Below, piece after piece: positions 47,038 through 59,296 of a stretch of DNA of 64,000 bases. Made by a program: the position numbers and the translations under genes. Position 1 is the first letter of the stretch; every line of letters begins with the position of its first letter. A model generated the notes under the pieces. It saw only the letters and a list, made by a program, of their open reading frames with translations. It did no database searches and was not told the DNA's origin. The stretch is taken from NCBI RefSeq assembly GCF_964188315.1, contig NC_135662.1:78492001-78556000 (forward strand), written 5' to 3'. This DNA is from Podarcis muralis. Lineage: Eukaryota.

Positions 47038-48483
47038 AAAGGCTATTAAAGAATACTTAAAGATAAAGTTGTAAAGCTAGCTCAGCCACATGACATTTCT
47101 GCCAGGAAGATTGCAAAAACTGGTGATGGCACCCCTCTTCCTAAGGCCAAAATATGCTTGGCACTTTACCTGGGCAGTCCAAACTGGAACCATGATGGAT
47201 TGCTGGAGCTGGGGCCTTATATAGCATTTGCAGTGTCCCTGTGCCAGGATTACATAGTCTTTGATGCCAGGTATTCATGTTGTCATCCCCTTTTCCCATC
47301 TACTTCTAAGGGCACCTCCTTAAGAGTTCACACTTTTAAGTCAGTGCTTGACGTGGCTCAGGGCAAGGTCAGCCTTCTCTTGTGTTCCTCCTTTACCTCC
47401 GCAGTTGGCTCTGAGCAAGGTGGCTCCCTTCTTTCTCACAGCCTGCAGCTGTGATAAAGCTGTAGCTTCTATGTATATAGAAGCTACAACTACATTGAAA
47501 ACAGGAGCACCATCTACTGGCTGCTTCCCTGGCAATACACCAGTCTAGGCGATGGCAGAAGCAGCTAACTTAGTCTCCGTGTTGCACAACTCAGCAGGGA
47601 GTTGGCCCCAAGTGAAGTGTGACCAGGAAGGAGGTATTCTTGGTGGTAGCAAGCCAGCCATGGAACACCCTCACCAGGGTGATTTCTTTGGCTTTTTTAA
47701 ATGGTCATTAGTCATGTTGTAAAAATAAATAAATAAATTATTTCTTTTGGAAATCTTTATGCTATCATTTGTTGTTTTGTGATAATGGTATTTTAATACT
47801 GCATTTTATTTATGTTGCATAAATATGGCCTGTATGGATAACTAAATATGATATTAGATGTGGGGGAATCAGGTCATGGCCCTGGAATTATGAGTATCAG
47901 TTGTATGATTGTACTGGTATTGGCACTCTTGCCACCTGATTTTCAGCTGGTCTGCTCACAAAGCTACTTATGTTGTTGTTGTTATTATTATAGTGTGTGT
48001 GTGTGTGTGTGTGTGTTTTATTTTACCACCCAGCACTGTTAGTCATCAAAGACAAGTGTTAGCAGTTCTTCAACAAAAAATTAAAAATAAACTTTGACAG
48101 CCAGAATAGCTTATTCGGTATCGCACTGATTATATTCAAACACTGTCCATAAATTAGCCCCCTCTGCTCACATCTTCCCATTGTGACCTTAGCCACATAT
48201 CAGCTGGTGAATTTAAAACTTGAAGGGACACAAACACTTCTTCTCTTCCTGCAGCTGTGTGGGCTTCTGTGATTCAGTGGCAGGATTTGAACATTATTAC
48301 TATTATTGTTTATTAAATTTCTGTACTACCCTTCATCCGAGGATCACAGGGCAGTTTACAATATAAAACCACAAAAATACAGTACATAGCATAGTGGCAA
48401 ACAAAAACAATTACCACCCTCTCCAGTTTAAAAGGCAGAGAGGGAGGAACTGTTGTGAGCAGATATTCTTCATGAATATAGAT

Positions 48484-48619
48484 CAGGGTTTTCCAAACAT
48501 GGGTCTCCAACTGTTTTTGGACTACAGTTCCCATCATCCCTAGCCATGGTTCCTGCTAGCTAGGGATGATGGAAGTTGTAGTCCAAAAACAGCTGAAGAC
48601 CCAAGTTTGGGAAACCCTG
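48484..48619. mobile_element. hAT (Charlie-like) palindromic MITE
   Basis: CAGGGTTTTCCAAAC...GTTTGGGAAACCCTG. TSD ATATAGAT/GTATAGAT. Confidence 0.9.
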
Positions 48620-48764
48620 GTATAGATGAAATTATTAGAAAAAACATACTGATCATTCCCTTTTGCATGCATAGCTATGCTGGGGAGGAGCAATAGACTT
48701 CACTAGTATATGTACTGAGTGTGCACCTTGGAACATGTCCCTGAGTTCTCTCTGCATTGTGCAG

Positions 48765-49170
48765 GTGTTCTGCCTTGTGGGAAATCTTCAGGAGAAGAAA
48801 AGTCTAAGGAGTAAACTCTACACAAATCTGGAGTGGAGTCTCTAAGACTCTTGGATGGTGCCTCCTTCTGGCAACTCCTGCAGCCAAGCTGGTGCCAAAT
48901 GTATTGTTCTGCTTTCCTTAGGACCACACTGGTGAGGCCAAGAGAGGGGTATTTTCTTCTGAGCAGCCCAAGACTTCCATATACACTGCCCAGACCTGTG
49001 CCCCAAGGAGTTCACATCAGTGACACTAATGCAGCAAAAGAGCGAGAGAGGCAGCAGTTACGAGGTACTGATCTCTGCAGCCACGGCAGGCGCTGTGATT
49101 CTCCAGCAGCTTGTCTTCACCCCCAGAGGTGCACTCCATTGTCTCTCGAGACAGAGAGATGCCAACAGCA
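48765..49170 (+). mobile_element. Non-coding RTE-related element (partial)
   Basis: Colinear similarity to 61280-61640, including GGAGAAGAAAAG.CTAAGGA, CTGGCAACTCCTGCAGCCAAG and terminal TGTCTCTCGAGACAG. Confidence 0.55.
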
Positions 49171-49252
49171 CCAGGAGTTCTGTAGCTGACTGTCATGATA
49201 AGTGCTCCTAGAACCCTGGAAAATCATTGAAATAAGATGTTTCCTATATCAT

Positions 49253-49594
49253 AAGTAGTGGAATGAGGGTGGCGCTGTGGGTTAAATCACAGAGCTTAGG
49301 ACTTGCCAATCAGAAGGTTCGAATCCCCGCGACAGGGTGAGCTCCCGTTGCTCGGTCCCTGCTCCTGCCAACCTAGCAGTTCAAAAGCACATCAAAGTGC
49401 AAGTAGATAAATAGGTACCACTCTGGCAGGAAGGTAAACGGCGTTTCCGTGCGCTGCTCTGGTTCACCAGAAGCGGCTGGCCACATGACCCGGAAGCTGT
49501 ACGCCAGCTCCCTCGGCCAATAAAGCGAGATGGGTGCCGCAAGCCCAGAGTCGGCCACGACTGGACCTAATGGTCAGGGGCCCCTTTACCTTTA
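49253..49594 (+). mobile_element. Sauria SINE (subfamily A)
   Basis: Body and ACCTTT tail. Probable TSD CCTATATCAT at 49243-49252 and 49595-49604. Confidence 0.9.
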
Positions 49595-49604
49595 CCTATA
49601 TCAT

Positions 49605-49680
49605 TATTTATTTATTTATTTATTTATTTGTACTCCGCCCATCTGGCTGAGCTTCCCCAGCTACTCTGTGCGGCTGTACT
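49605..49680 (-). mobile_element. L2 extreme 3' end
   Basis: (TATT)n followed by CCGCCCATCTGGCTGAGCTTCCCCAGCTACTCTG, as in 36471 and 39965. Confidence 0.75.
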
Positions 49681-50377
49681 GTACGTGAATCACAGGTTAA
49701 CGTTTTACTTTAGATCTGACTGGGTAATAATTTCAAGAGAAGCACATGGGGTTATATTGGCTGTGTTCACGATCCAATTTTTAACGACTGATGCATAATT
49801 TTTAGAGGGACAGGAATTGTGCACCATAAAATTACTAATGGCACGTCAATGCAATTAATATTTGATGAATATCCTGTGCATGACTGCTTCCAAGCGTTTT
49901 TGAGTTCTAGAGTTGTGCAGAGTCAAACTGGAACGTAGTTATTTTGTAGGCCACACAGAGATTATAATAGCTTTTTAAAGGTAAATTAAAATGGAAACTT
50001 AAGGTAAATGCCAGGTATGATGCTCCCATTTCTTGTCCCTTCAGTTAGCAGAAAAATACTATAGGATTTCTATAATGTGCTGCTTGCAGCTAAAACTAAT
50101 TTACTAACCTAGAAGATTATGATAATAATTGCAGCTGCCTGATTGGATCTATTTTCATAGGGAAGTGCAATTACAGCTCCATTCAACTTTGAGAATAATC
50201 TGTGTAGCCACCTTGATTTATATGCTTAAAATCGTATGTACTAACTGCCAGACCATAGTTATATTTATTTTGGTGTATACTTGCTTTATTCTGGAATGGG
50301 AATTCTTGAAGAGATTTCAGTAGTTTGCAATTATTCAGCATTTTAGTGAAAATTTCTCCTAATAAACATTTTGTTTG

Positions 50378-50379
<2 letters not shown>

Positions 50380-50421
<42 letters not shown>
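50380..50421. repeat. (AC)n microsatellite
   Basis: Directly visible. Confidence 0.97.
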
Positions 50422-50423
<2 letters not shown>

Positions 50424-51094
50424 TTGCAAGCAATTTCTCCCAGTGTATTTGTGTATGTTGTTTTCACTAATATATTCATATTATATACATTTCACCTTAT
50501 ATGTGCTTTCTTTGTAAACACTGTTTGGTTAGAGAACTGCATTACAAAATTCAGATAAGAGCAATTTTTAAAAGGTTGGCTGCATTTCAGTTCCTTTTTG
50601 GAAAGTCCAGATTTGATAAATTTGTCTTTAAACTAGAACTAAATTGAATTTCTCCCCCTTTCAAACTTCATAGAAAAATATGCATAGGAATTCATTTTAT
50701 CCTAGTGTGAGCATTTTTTCCTATCCTTGAAGTTTTCTAAAAGCAACTACGGTATTTTCTCTTATAACACAATGCTATGTGAACTATTTTACTTCCTTTT
50801 GAATCTCATTTGAAAGGAAGTAACTTGTCTCCAAACTGATGTTATTCATACATAATAGTGATTGTATATTCTGTATTCTGGCATTTTTTGCCGGTGTAAT
50901 TGGCAATTATTATAAACAAGCTAAGGTTTGCAGAAGTGGGGTGTCTCCACAGGCTCGTTAATCCTTGCATCCTACAATTACATGTTAATTTGGCACAGAC
51001 AGTATACATGTGTTAGGGCATTGGTCTTCAAGTGGTGAGTTGTCATAGCCAGTGATCTGACGTGGGGGCGGGGAATCCACTGCTTTATTTGTTC

Positions 51095-51137
<43 letters not shown>

Positions 51138-51290
51138 TCATAAAATTAATTACAGTCAAACCATGTTCTCATTTATCTTTAAAGCAGGGGTGACCACATG
51201 TTTGGTAAGTTAAAAATAGTTTACTTACAAACTCTTCGAAGGTAAGATTCATGTGCTTTTCTATACAGCAGTAAGAAAAGACAGGAAGTA

Positions 51291-51532
51291 CCGTGGTACC
51301 TCGGGTTACATACGCTTCAGGTTACATACGCTTCAGGTTAAACACTCCACTTATCCAGAAATAGTGCTTCAGGTTAAGAACTTTGCTTCAGGATGAGAAC
51401 AGAAATTGGGCTCTGGCGGCGCGGCAGCAGCAGGAGGCCCCATTAGCTAAAGTGGTGCTTCAGGTTAAGAACAGTTTCAGGTTAAGAACGGACCTCCGGA
51501 ACAAATTAAGTACTTAACCCGAGGTACCACTG
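51291..51532. mobile_element. Tigger-like MITE
   Basis: TA|CCGTGGTACCTCGGGTTA...GAGGTACCACTG|TA. Confidence 0.93.
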
Positions 51533-51916
51533 TATAACTTAAGTTCCAAAGTGGTAAATGTTTCCAAATTATTTGTATAGAAACACAAAGATAGCTTGCT
51601 TAAGCCATGTGGTCTAAGCTTGGAACATCCACCTTAGACTTCTTTACTGGTAGGGTTCACATGGTGGAATGGGAAGAGTAAAGGCTTGATAACCATTCCT
51701 CCCAAGGTGGGGGAAGTGACCTAGCAAACTCAGGCAGGACAGCTTACTCTATGGTCTTAACCCCTTTGTGCATTAATTAGACAAGCATATTGGTTATATG
51801 AGGCTGAATATCCCACAGTTTGTACCCTTTGCCTCATATCTCAGGTTCTAAGAATGTGAGAGGTTTACTTAAATGAAAGCTGGGAATCTGGGAGTTACAG
51901 TTCATCCAAGGGCATT

Positions 51917-51921
51917 AATAA

Positions 51922-51970
<49 letters not shown>

Positions 51971-52420
51971 TTTATACCCCGCCCTCCCCAGCCAAGGCCA
52001 GGCTCAGGGCGGCTAACAAGCAATAATAAAAACAAGTTGAATGAATACAACTTAAAAACAAAATTAAATACAACATTAAAATATTGAAACATTAAAATAT
52101 TAAAATGTAGCCTCATCGCAGGAGGAGAAAGGAAAAGAAAGAGGGGGAGGGAATCAAATTGGCTCCAAGCCAAAGGCCAGGCGGAACAACTCTGTCTTAC
52201 AGGCCCTGTGGAAAGAAATCAGATCCTGCAGGGCCCTGGTCTCTTGAGGCAGAGCGTTCCACCAGGCCGGAGCCAGAGTTGAAAAGGCCCTGGCTCTGGT
52301 TGAAGCTAATCTAACTTCCTTAGGGCCCGGGATCACTAGGGTGTTGCTATTTATGGACCTTGAGGCTCTCCGTGGGGCATACCGGGAGAGGCGGTCCTGT
52401 AGGTACAAGGGTCCTAGGCC
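51917..52420 (-). mobile_element. L2-clade LINE 3' fragment (second family)
   Basis: GLGPLYLQDRL...RARAFSTLAPAWWNALPQETRALQDLISFHRACKTELFRLAFG with (ATT)n tail. Confidence 0.88.
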
Positions 52421-53437
52421 TGTGCCCATGGGTGCTTGGTTGGCAACCCCTTATTTAGAAATGCCTTCAGTCTATGCTTATATAAAGATGTGGCTGTTGC
52501 ATTAAAGGACTATGTAGATGCCCAAATCTAGATGTTTTCTCAGGAGGCAATATTATATTGTGTGATATTTCTGGTTTCCCCACCTATACCTTTCAAGTTA
52601 ACTCAGAAACAATGCTAAATAAGAGAAGTGAGAATGAATCTGAGCTGCATGCCAGTATGTATGCTGAACCATTTTCAAAACCTTTTATGCGTTGTCTGTG
52701 CATGTTGTGTGTAAATATAAAGCCTCTGCAATATTAATTATTTTTGTTGGCATACTGTAGCACTTCATGCTTTTGCAGAGAATCCCTTTCATGGGCGTGA
52801 CGTAAACTTGCTATACTAGCTCACAAAATTTCGTTGTTTTTTGCTGGTTAATAACATTTTATTTGGCCTTTGGCTTGCTTTCTACATCTACTGCATGATA
52901 GTTGTGCATACTATCCGCATACATAGTTTCAACATTGCGCGAGGGTTTGATAAAAGGGAAACTGAAATAGTTGCTTGGGGCAGCAGATTGCAGAGTACTG
53001 TGCCCAAAACAGCTGCAGCTGTGAGCAGCTTTTGCAGCCACTCAGGGGATGGAAGGGCCTGGCAATAGATTTCCATGTGCAGATGGACATTGTGCCAACA
53101 CTGGGGAGAGAGCAGGGCTGACTTGGGGCCTATTTAAGCCCCCCGCCTCTCCTGGCCTCTTCACTCAATGGGCTCCCCACTCTACTGGCAGTGCAGGCAG
53201 TGGGTGGTCACCTTTCGGGGGGCCAAGTAGGATTTTTTTGTTTATCAGCTGATTTGATTTGCTGGCTTTTTTGCTTACTGTGTGCTAATAACTGGTCACA
53301 GGTAGGTGTGGGTAGTTATGAGGAAGTTAAGGTTAAGCTTTGGGGGGGGGGGAAGTGGTGGTGTTCTTTTGCTCAAACTTGTTGACCTTTTGGGTGATAA
53401 CGCTGAGGCCGGTGCCCCCCTCCAATGCAGCGTTGCA

Positions 53438-53759
53438 TGGGGTTCATCACTCCGGTGTCCAGTTGCGCTGATGTGACCCATATCCAAGGACATGAACACA
53501 TGACTAGCAGAGTCCAAACAGAAGCTGAGCCTTGAGGTCTAATTTACGTCTATTTAATATAACAAAGAAAACATGGCCTCTCTGTGTGTCTTTCTTCCTC
53601 AGAGAGAGAACTGCAAAAGCAATAGCTGTACAGAACGGAACAGCATATCTCAATTTCTGCTCACAAGACTCCAACAATCAGTGCTGGAATGTAAACACAG
53701 ACATGTGACATGTAACAATCCCACACATCTGCAGCACGGGAGGAATGGAATTCCCAACA
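53438..53759 (-). mobile_element. Putative solo LTR
   Basis: TG...CA ends (minus strand TGTTGGGAA...). Shares CTGGAATGTAAACA.....TGTGAC with the 39741-41248 LTR. No TSD found. Confidence 0.45.
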
Positions 53760-54879
53760 CATCTCCCCCCAAAATCTAAGTTGATTTTAAAACTTGCCAT
53801 ACATTTTGCCGATTTGCAGGAAATCTGCCCGGGCCCCATTTTCCTGCCCAATTCCTGGATGTGTCCAGGAGAACCCAGACATATGGCATCCCTTTTAAAA
53901 GGGAAGAGTGTAGTCCCAAGGCTTGCCTTCAGGGCTGTGGTGCTCAATGCCATGGTTTGCGAGCAACTCTTTGGGGCCAACCTGTAGCAAAGCAACTACC
54001 TGAAGTAGTTATTTAGTAAATTTTATTTACTAAATTTGTGTGATCTGCCTAATAACAGAAGGCATAAAACGCAACATAAAAATGCAAAATAAGATGCTTA
54101 AAATGAAATAATAAAGCGATAAAATGCACCATAAAAACTTGCCTTTGTAGGAGAGAGAAAACAGAACCAATTAGCAACTGAGATTATGGAACAAGTCATA
54201 ATATAAGCATTCTTACGGCCTTATTACATGACGTTTTTATATGTGCACAGTGGCTGTGATCACACATCTTGGTAAGCCATAAAGCATGGTTTACCATGCA
54301 CGAGTGAGTTGCACCCACGTCGCTTCTCCTCATGCATGCTGGAAGGAAATGGGTCTCAATCTCTGGTTTAACTTTATCTCCAAACCAGACATTGTGGTTT
54401 GTTTCACTCCCAAGGAACCATGGTCCATAGCTAAGGTTTGCTTACTGCTCGTTTTTTGTTTTTTGTTTTGGAATGTAACAAACCATGATCCCTGGCCTGG
54501 GTGTAACATTAAGCTAGGGATCATATTTCAAACATGAGTAGGAAGTGGTCCACAGCAAACTATTAACTAGTGTTTACTTCAACTTCATGCCCTTCAGATG
54601 ATTTTAATAAGTGTTTAACGACACTTAGGTGCAACAGGTATAACACCAATCTGACAAACAACAAAGCCCATGAACACTTTCCACCTCTACCATGAACAGA
54701 AAACAGGTTGTCACCTTTGTATGGTCTCTTTGAACTGCTGTGCCCAATCTATAGGCAAGCAGTCCTTTTAAACTAGGTCTAGTTTTCTTGAAGGATTGAG
54801 GTCTCCTGGTTATGTCTTGTGTGTTTCATTACATTAAAAAAAGTTTCATCAGAATTATCTGAAGCTACACAGTTCCAAG

Positions 54880-55246
54880 GATGCGGGTGGCGCTGTGGGT
54901 AAAAGCCTCAGTGCCTAGGGCTTGCTGATCGAAAGGTCGGCGGTTCGAATCCCCACGGTGGGGTGCGCTCCCGTTGTTCGGTCCCAGCGCCTGCCAACCT
55001 AGCAGTTCAAAAGCACCCCCGGGTGCAAGTAGATAAATAGGGACCGCTTACTAGCGGGAAGGTAAACGGCGTTTCCGTGTGCGGCTCTGGCTCGCCAGAG
55101 CAGCGATGTCACGCTGGCCACGTGACCCGGAAGTGTCTCCGGAAAGCGCAGGCCCCCGGCCTCTTGAGTGAGATGGGCGCACAACCCTAGAGTCTGTCAA
55201 GACTGGCCCGTACGGGCAGGGGTACCTTTACCTTTACCTTTACCTT
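54880..55246 (+). mobile_element. Sauria SINE (subfamily B)
   Basis: Near-identical to 16710-17066, with (ACCTTT)4 tail. 14-bp TSD TACACAGTTCCAAG at 54866-54879 and 55247-55260. Confidence 0.95.
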
Positions 55247-55740
55247 TACACAGTTCCAAGCTGTCCTTATGCCCTGTGCCAATTTCTCTGATACAGCGAA
55301 ATCTGGCTAACAGCTTTAGCGTACTTGTTCTATTTTATTAACTTTTTCACACAACAAGGTCCCAGGGCAGGTTACAGCAATAAAATATACAATTATAAAA
55401 CAGATCAGTTGCAGCCATAAAACAAGTGTAAAAACAATTAAAAACTGTTCCATAGCTAAACAATTAAAAATAATTCAAGGCATAAAAACAATGCAAACAT
55501 ATAAAGGTCCAATCAGCACTATACGTTTAAAGCAGTATTATACCACTTTAAACAATCATGGTTTCTCCCAAAGAATCCTGGAAACTGTAGTTTGTTAGAG
55601 GTGCTGAGAGTTATTAGGAGACTCCTATTCCCATCATAGACTGTTTTAACCATCAGTCCCTCTTCCCAGTTATACTAGCTAAGGTCATGATCCCTCCTGA
55701 TGGTCTTGCAATCTTGCCTTGTTTTTTCATATTTGCTTTC

Positions 55741-56106
55741 TGAAATATACTCAGAGTCGAGAGTGGATTTCATGCTCTTTATTCAGCTCATAGTGGTGAG
55801 GAGGAATGGAAGTTTCCCCAAAGTATCTGCTTTATATACATTATTTACACAATGAGCTGCACGTGATTGGCTAATTCCGGAGTTCTCCTGTAGGCCAATC
55901 AGGTTGTGGATTCACTTCCATCTGGAGCTGGATTGGGTAGCTTCTGCAGACCAATGATACTGCTGCATTGTTCTAGGACCAATCAGACTGCTGCATTCTG
56001 AATCCTATTCTTCTAGGACCAATCAGACTGCTGCATTTTGGATCCTATTGTTCTAGGACGAATCAGACTGCTGCATTTTGGATCCTATTCAACTCAGTAC
56101 ATAACA
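55741..56106 (-). mobile_element. Solo LTR (366 bp)
   Basis: TG...CA with perfect 5-bp TSD CTTTC. Minus-strand TATATAAA (55831-55838) and AATAAA (55778-55783). About three 40-bp CCAAT-containing tandem units in U3. Confidence 0.88.
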
Positions 56107-56177
56107 CTTTCTTTATCCTACATTTGCTTTGTTTTTCTTAACGCCATTTGTTATCTGCAATAATGTCAGAGTGAAAC

Positions 56178-56179
<2 letters not shown>

Positions 56180-56254
<75 letters not shown>
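56180..56254. repeat. (GT)n(GA)n compound microsatellite
   Basis: Directly visible. Confidence 0.97.
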
Positions 56255-56257
<3 letters not shown>

Positions 56258-57326
56258 AGTTAGCTGACACCTTAGGCTATGTATTTATCGGATTCCCATA
56301 CATCCCTTCAGTATTAAATTATTACATTTTACAAAAGCCACAAGAAAAAAACCAATACCATCTGTAGTAAGACTTCTGTGATGTTAGAGGGGCAGATGCT
56401 AGCTGCAGGTGCCTTAGCCTATGTATAGCTCCTCTGATGTAAAATAAGCTTTACAATACTTCACCTCCACAGCTGAGATTACTTAGAGTAAGTGGGGAAA
56501 ACTTTGTGGGGGTTTTTCCAATTTTAAAAGATAAAGGACTTTTTTAAAAAATAGTGCTGGACTGTATTTACATGACTTTTCAGCTAACATCTTGCAAAAG
56601 TAGAAAAGCTTATTACTGTATTGTTTCAAGGTTTAATTAGAAACACAGCATACACAACATTTGCTCATATGTTTTTTATTAGTGTTACCTTAGAGTTTCT
56701 GGACTTCCTTTCTGTTTGTTTTAATGTTTTGCTGAAGTTTCATACATTTGATCCTTAATACCTTCAGTTAGGATATACTTTGCTTTGCTGATCATGGAAG
56801 TAGCAGAGAGGGATACAAACCTTTCTCAAATTTGTGAATTATAGGCATACTTCTGGGAAATGTGTTCATTAATAAAAAGCAGAAGGAGCTCCAGCAGAAG
56901 CTTCAACAATAATTACTACCAAATTACATTGTATTTTTGTTTAGCAGAAGTCAAATGCGTTGAATCTAATTACTGAATTATTTAGTGGAATACTAATTAC
57001 TGAGTACCTGCATTTGCTAGAAGCAGGAGCTACAATTTTACTAGCAAAAGAATTCAAATCTCTTTCAAAACATTTCTTGCAGAACGGTAGCTATGCTCCT
57101 TGTTCTCTACCAATGCCGCCAAACCATTTTTACATTTACAAATTTTACAGCCTTCATCTTTTTGTGATCTATTAATTTTTCCAAGATGATTTGATGTGAA
57201 TTTCCCCAGTATGTGTTCTCCTTGCCCCCAACCTTTCCAATTCTCATGTAGAACTTCTGATTATTTAAAGCAACTCCAGAAAACTGCAGTAGTTCATAAC
57301 TACCTCCTTGCAGATATCATGCAGTA

Positions 57327-57515
57327 CAGTGGTACCTCGGGTTAAGAACTTAATTCGTTCTGGAAGTCCATTCTTAACCTGAAGCACCACTTTAGCTAAT
57401 GGGGCCTCCTGCTGCTGCTGCGTGATTTCTGTTCTCATCCTGAAGCAAAGTTCTCAACCCGAGGTACTATTTCTGGGTCTGTAACCTGAAGCGTCTGTAA
57501 TCTGAGGTACCACTG
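57327..57515. mobile_element. Tigger-like MITE (shortened, opposite orientation)
   Basis: TIRs plus TA TSD. Confidence 0.92.
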
Positions 57516-59063
57516 TATATGAACTTGCATTCCGCCACCTCTCCAGTTGGACTGTAAAAAAAGGACACAACACAGTTTAAATGGTATCAGATCAGGCCAC
57601 AAGTTCTGACTACAAATGTAAGAGATTTCGCATAGGCATTGGGCAACCATTTACTTCCAGCCCACCTGCCAGAAGTGATGCCCAAGGATCAACTTGGCAG
57701 CATGGGATTCCTATGATTTACAGCAGATAGGGGGTTCCCTATGGGGACTGCAACTTTGAGGAGTGCTGTGGCCCAAGCCCCCACCTGGGCATAGGGACAG
57801 AAGCAGCTCCTCCTGGATCCCTTTAATGGGATACCCTGCATCTGGAGGGGCAGGCAGAGACTACAACCTCCAAGACGAAGGTTTACCCAATGCCCCAAGT
57901 TGTGACGATGGCTATGAGGTAGGCAAAACCACCAGGTTGGAGCCAATTTCTTGGAGGACAAATTCCTGCCTGGCCCTGAATACAGCAACCAACAATGCCT
58001 AGTAAGGTCAAAGGTACTAGACATAGCATAACAGAAGGTGTGGGTGGGAGAGAGACCCAACAAGGAAACACCAAGTGCTGGAGCTAGGGAAGTTTGCATT
58101 AAATCTCCTGGGAGTGGACCTGAGGGAAGCCTACCTGCTCCATCAGGACCACCCCCAAGGAGGGCCCTGTCTCCAAGCCTGCCTGCCATTGGCCACTTTT
58201 GCAGGCAGGCTTGGATCCAAATTCCCAGGACAGCCTTGGCTCCCATCGGATCCTGGTGACAGGAGGCAATGCCAGCCTCCAACACTGCCATACTGGAAGG
58301 ATATGTTGCTTCTGCCAAATACACAAATGACTGTAAAGAAAAAGGCTGCTTCTGTAATTTATTTGTTCGCTTGTTTGTACTCCTTAATGTGGAGCAGTTG
58401 CTTTTGGTGATCAATTTTTGTGTGAATCTGGATACTGGAAGGGTAAGCGGACTTGTATAGAGTGAGAAATTTAAATAGCAAATCAAACAATTTTTTTTTA
58501 AAAAAAATCCCATTAAACTGCCTCAATTAACGAATTTATCTTTGATTTGTTTCCCCCCCATGCCTCCTAAGCTCACCAATGAAGAAAAAATGCTGAAGTT
58601 TTTTTCCATCAATAATGTTGAGTAACCCTCCTACATCTTTACTATATGTTAATTGCAGCATGAATTGCTCAGTGGATTTTGTGCAGTGAGTTAAATCTAT
58701 TACTTATAATGCTGTTAGGGATTTTCTAGATTGTCAATATTATCTCATATACTTGGCTTGATTTGTTTTGTTGCTTTGGTTGTTAAGATCAGCAGAGGGG
58801 TTCCTTTTGCTAATTCCGCCTCCAGGGGGGGTATTCTCTGTGACAGCCCTTAAGATGTGGAATTTACCTCTTTACTCTAGCCTTTGACACCTGAAGTGTG
58901 TGTTTTCAGGGCCCGCCCTTTTCTTATAAATGTAATCTCTTTTAACTGTTTTTTTATTATTATCAGCTTTAAATTGTTGGAGCCTGTTCTGGGACTCGGC
59001 CAAGGCTTGATGAACCAAGGCCAGTGTAATTCCAAAAGGGGCCATTCTTAACATTCCTTATTA

Positions 59064-59296
59064 CAGTGGTACCTCGGGTTACATATGCTTCAGGTTACAG
59101 ACGCTTCAGGTTACAGACTCCGCTAACTCAGAAATAGTACCTCTGGTTAAGAACTTTGCTTCAGGATGAGAACAGAAATTGTGCTCCAGTGACACAGGAG
59201 GCCCCATTAGCTAAAGTGGTGCTTCAGGTTAAGAACAGCTTCAGGTTAAGAATGGACCTCCAGAATGAATTAAGTACTTAACACGAGGTACCATTG
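59064..59296. mobile_element. Tigger-like MITE
   Basis: TIRs plus TA TSD. Confidence 0.92.

Noticed and set aside
55960-56095. CRISPR-like repeat array
   Set aside because: Head-to-tail ~40-bp tandem units without unique spacers, inside a eukaryotic LTR.
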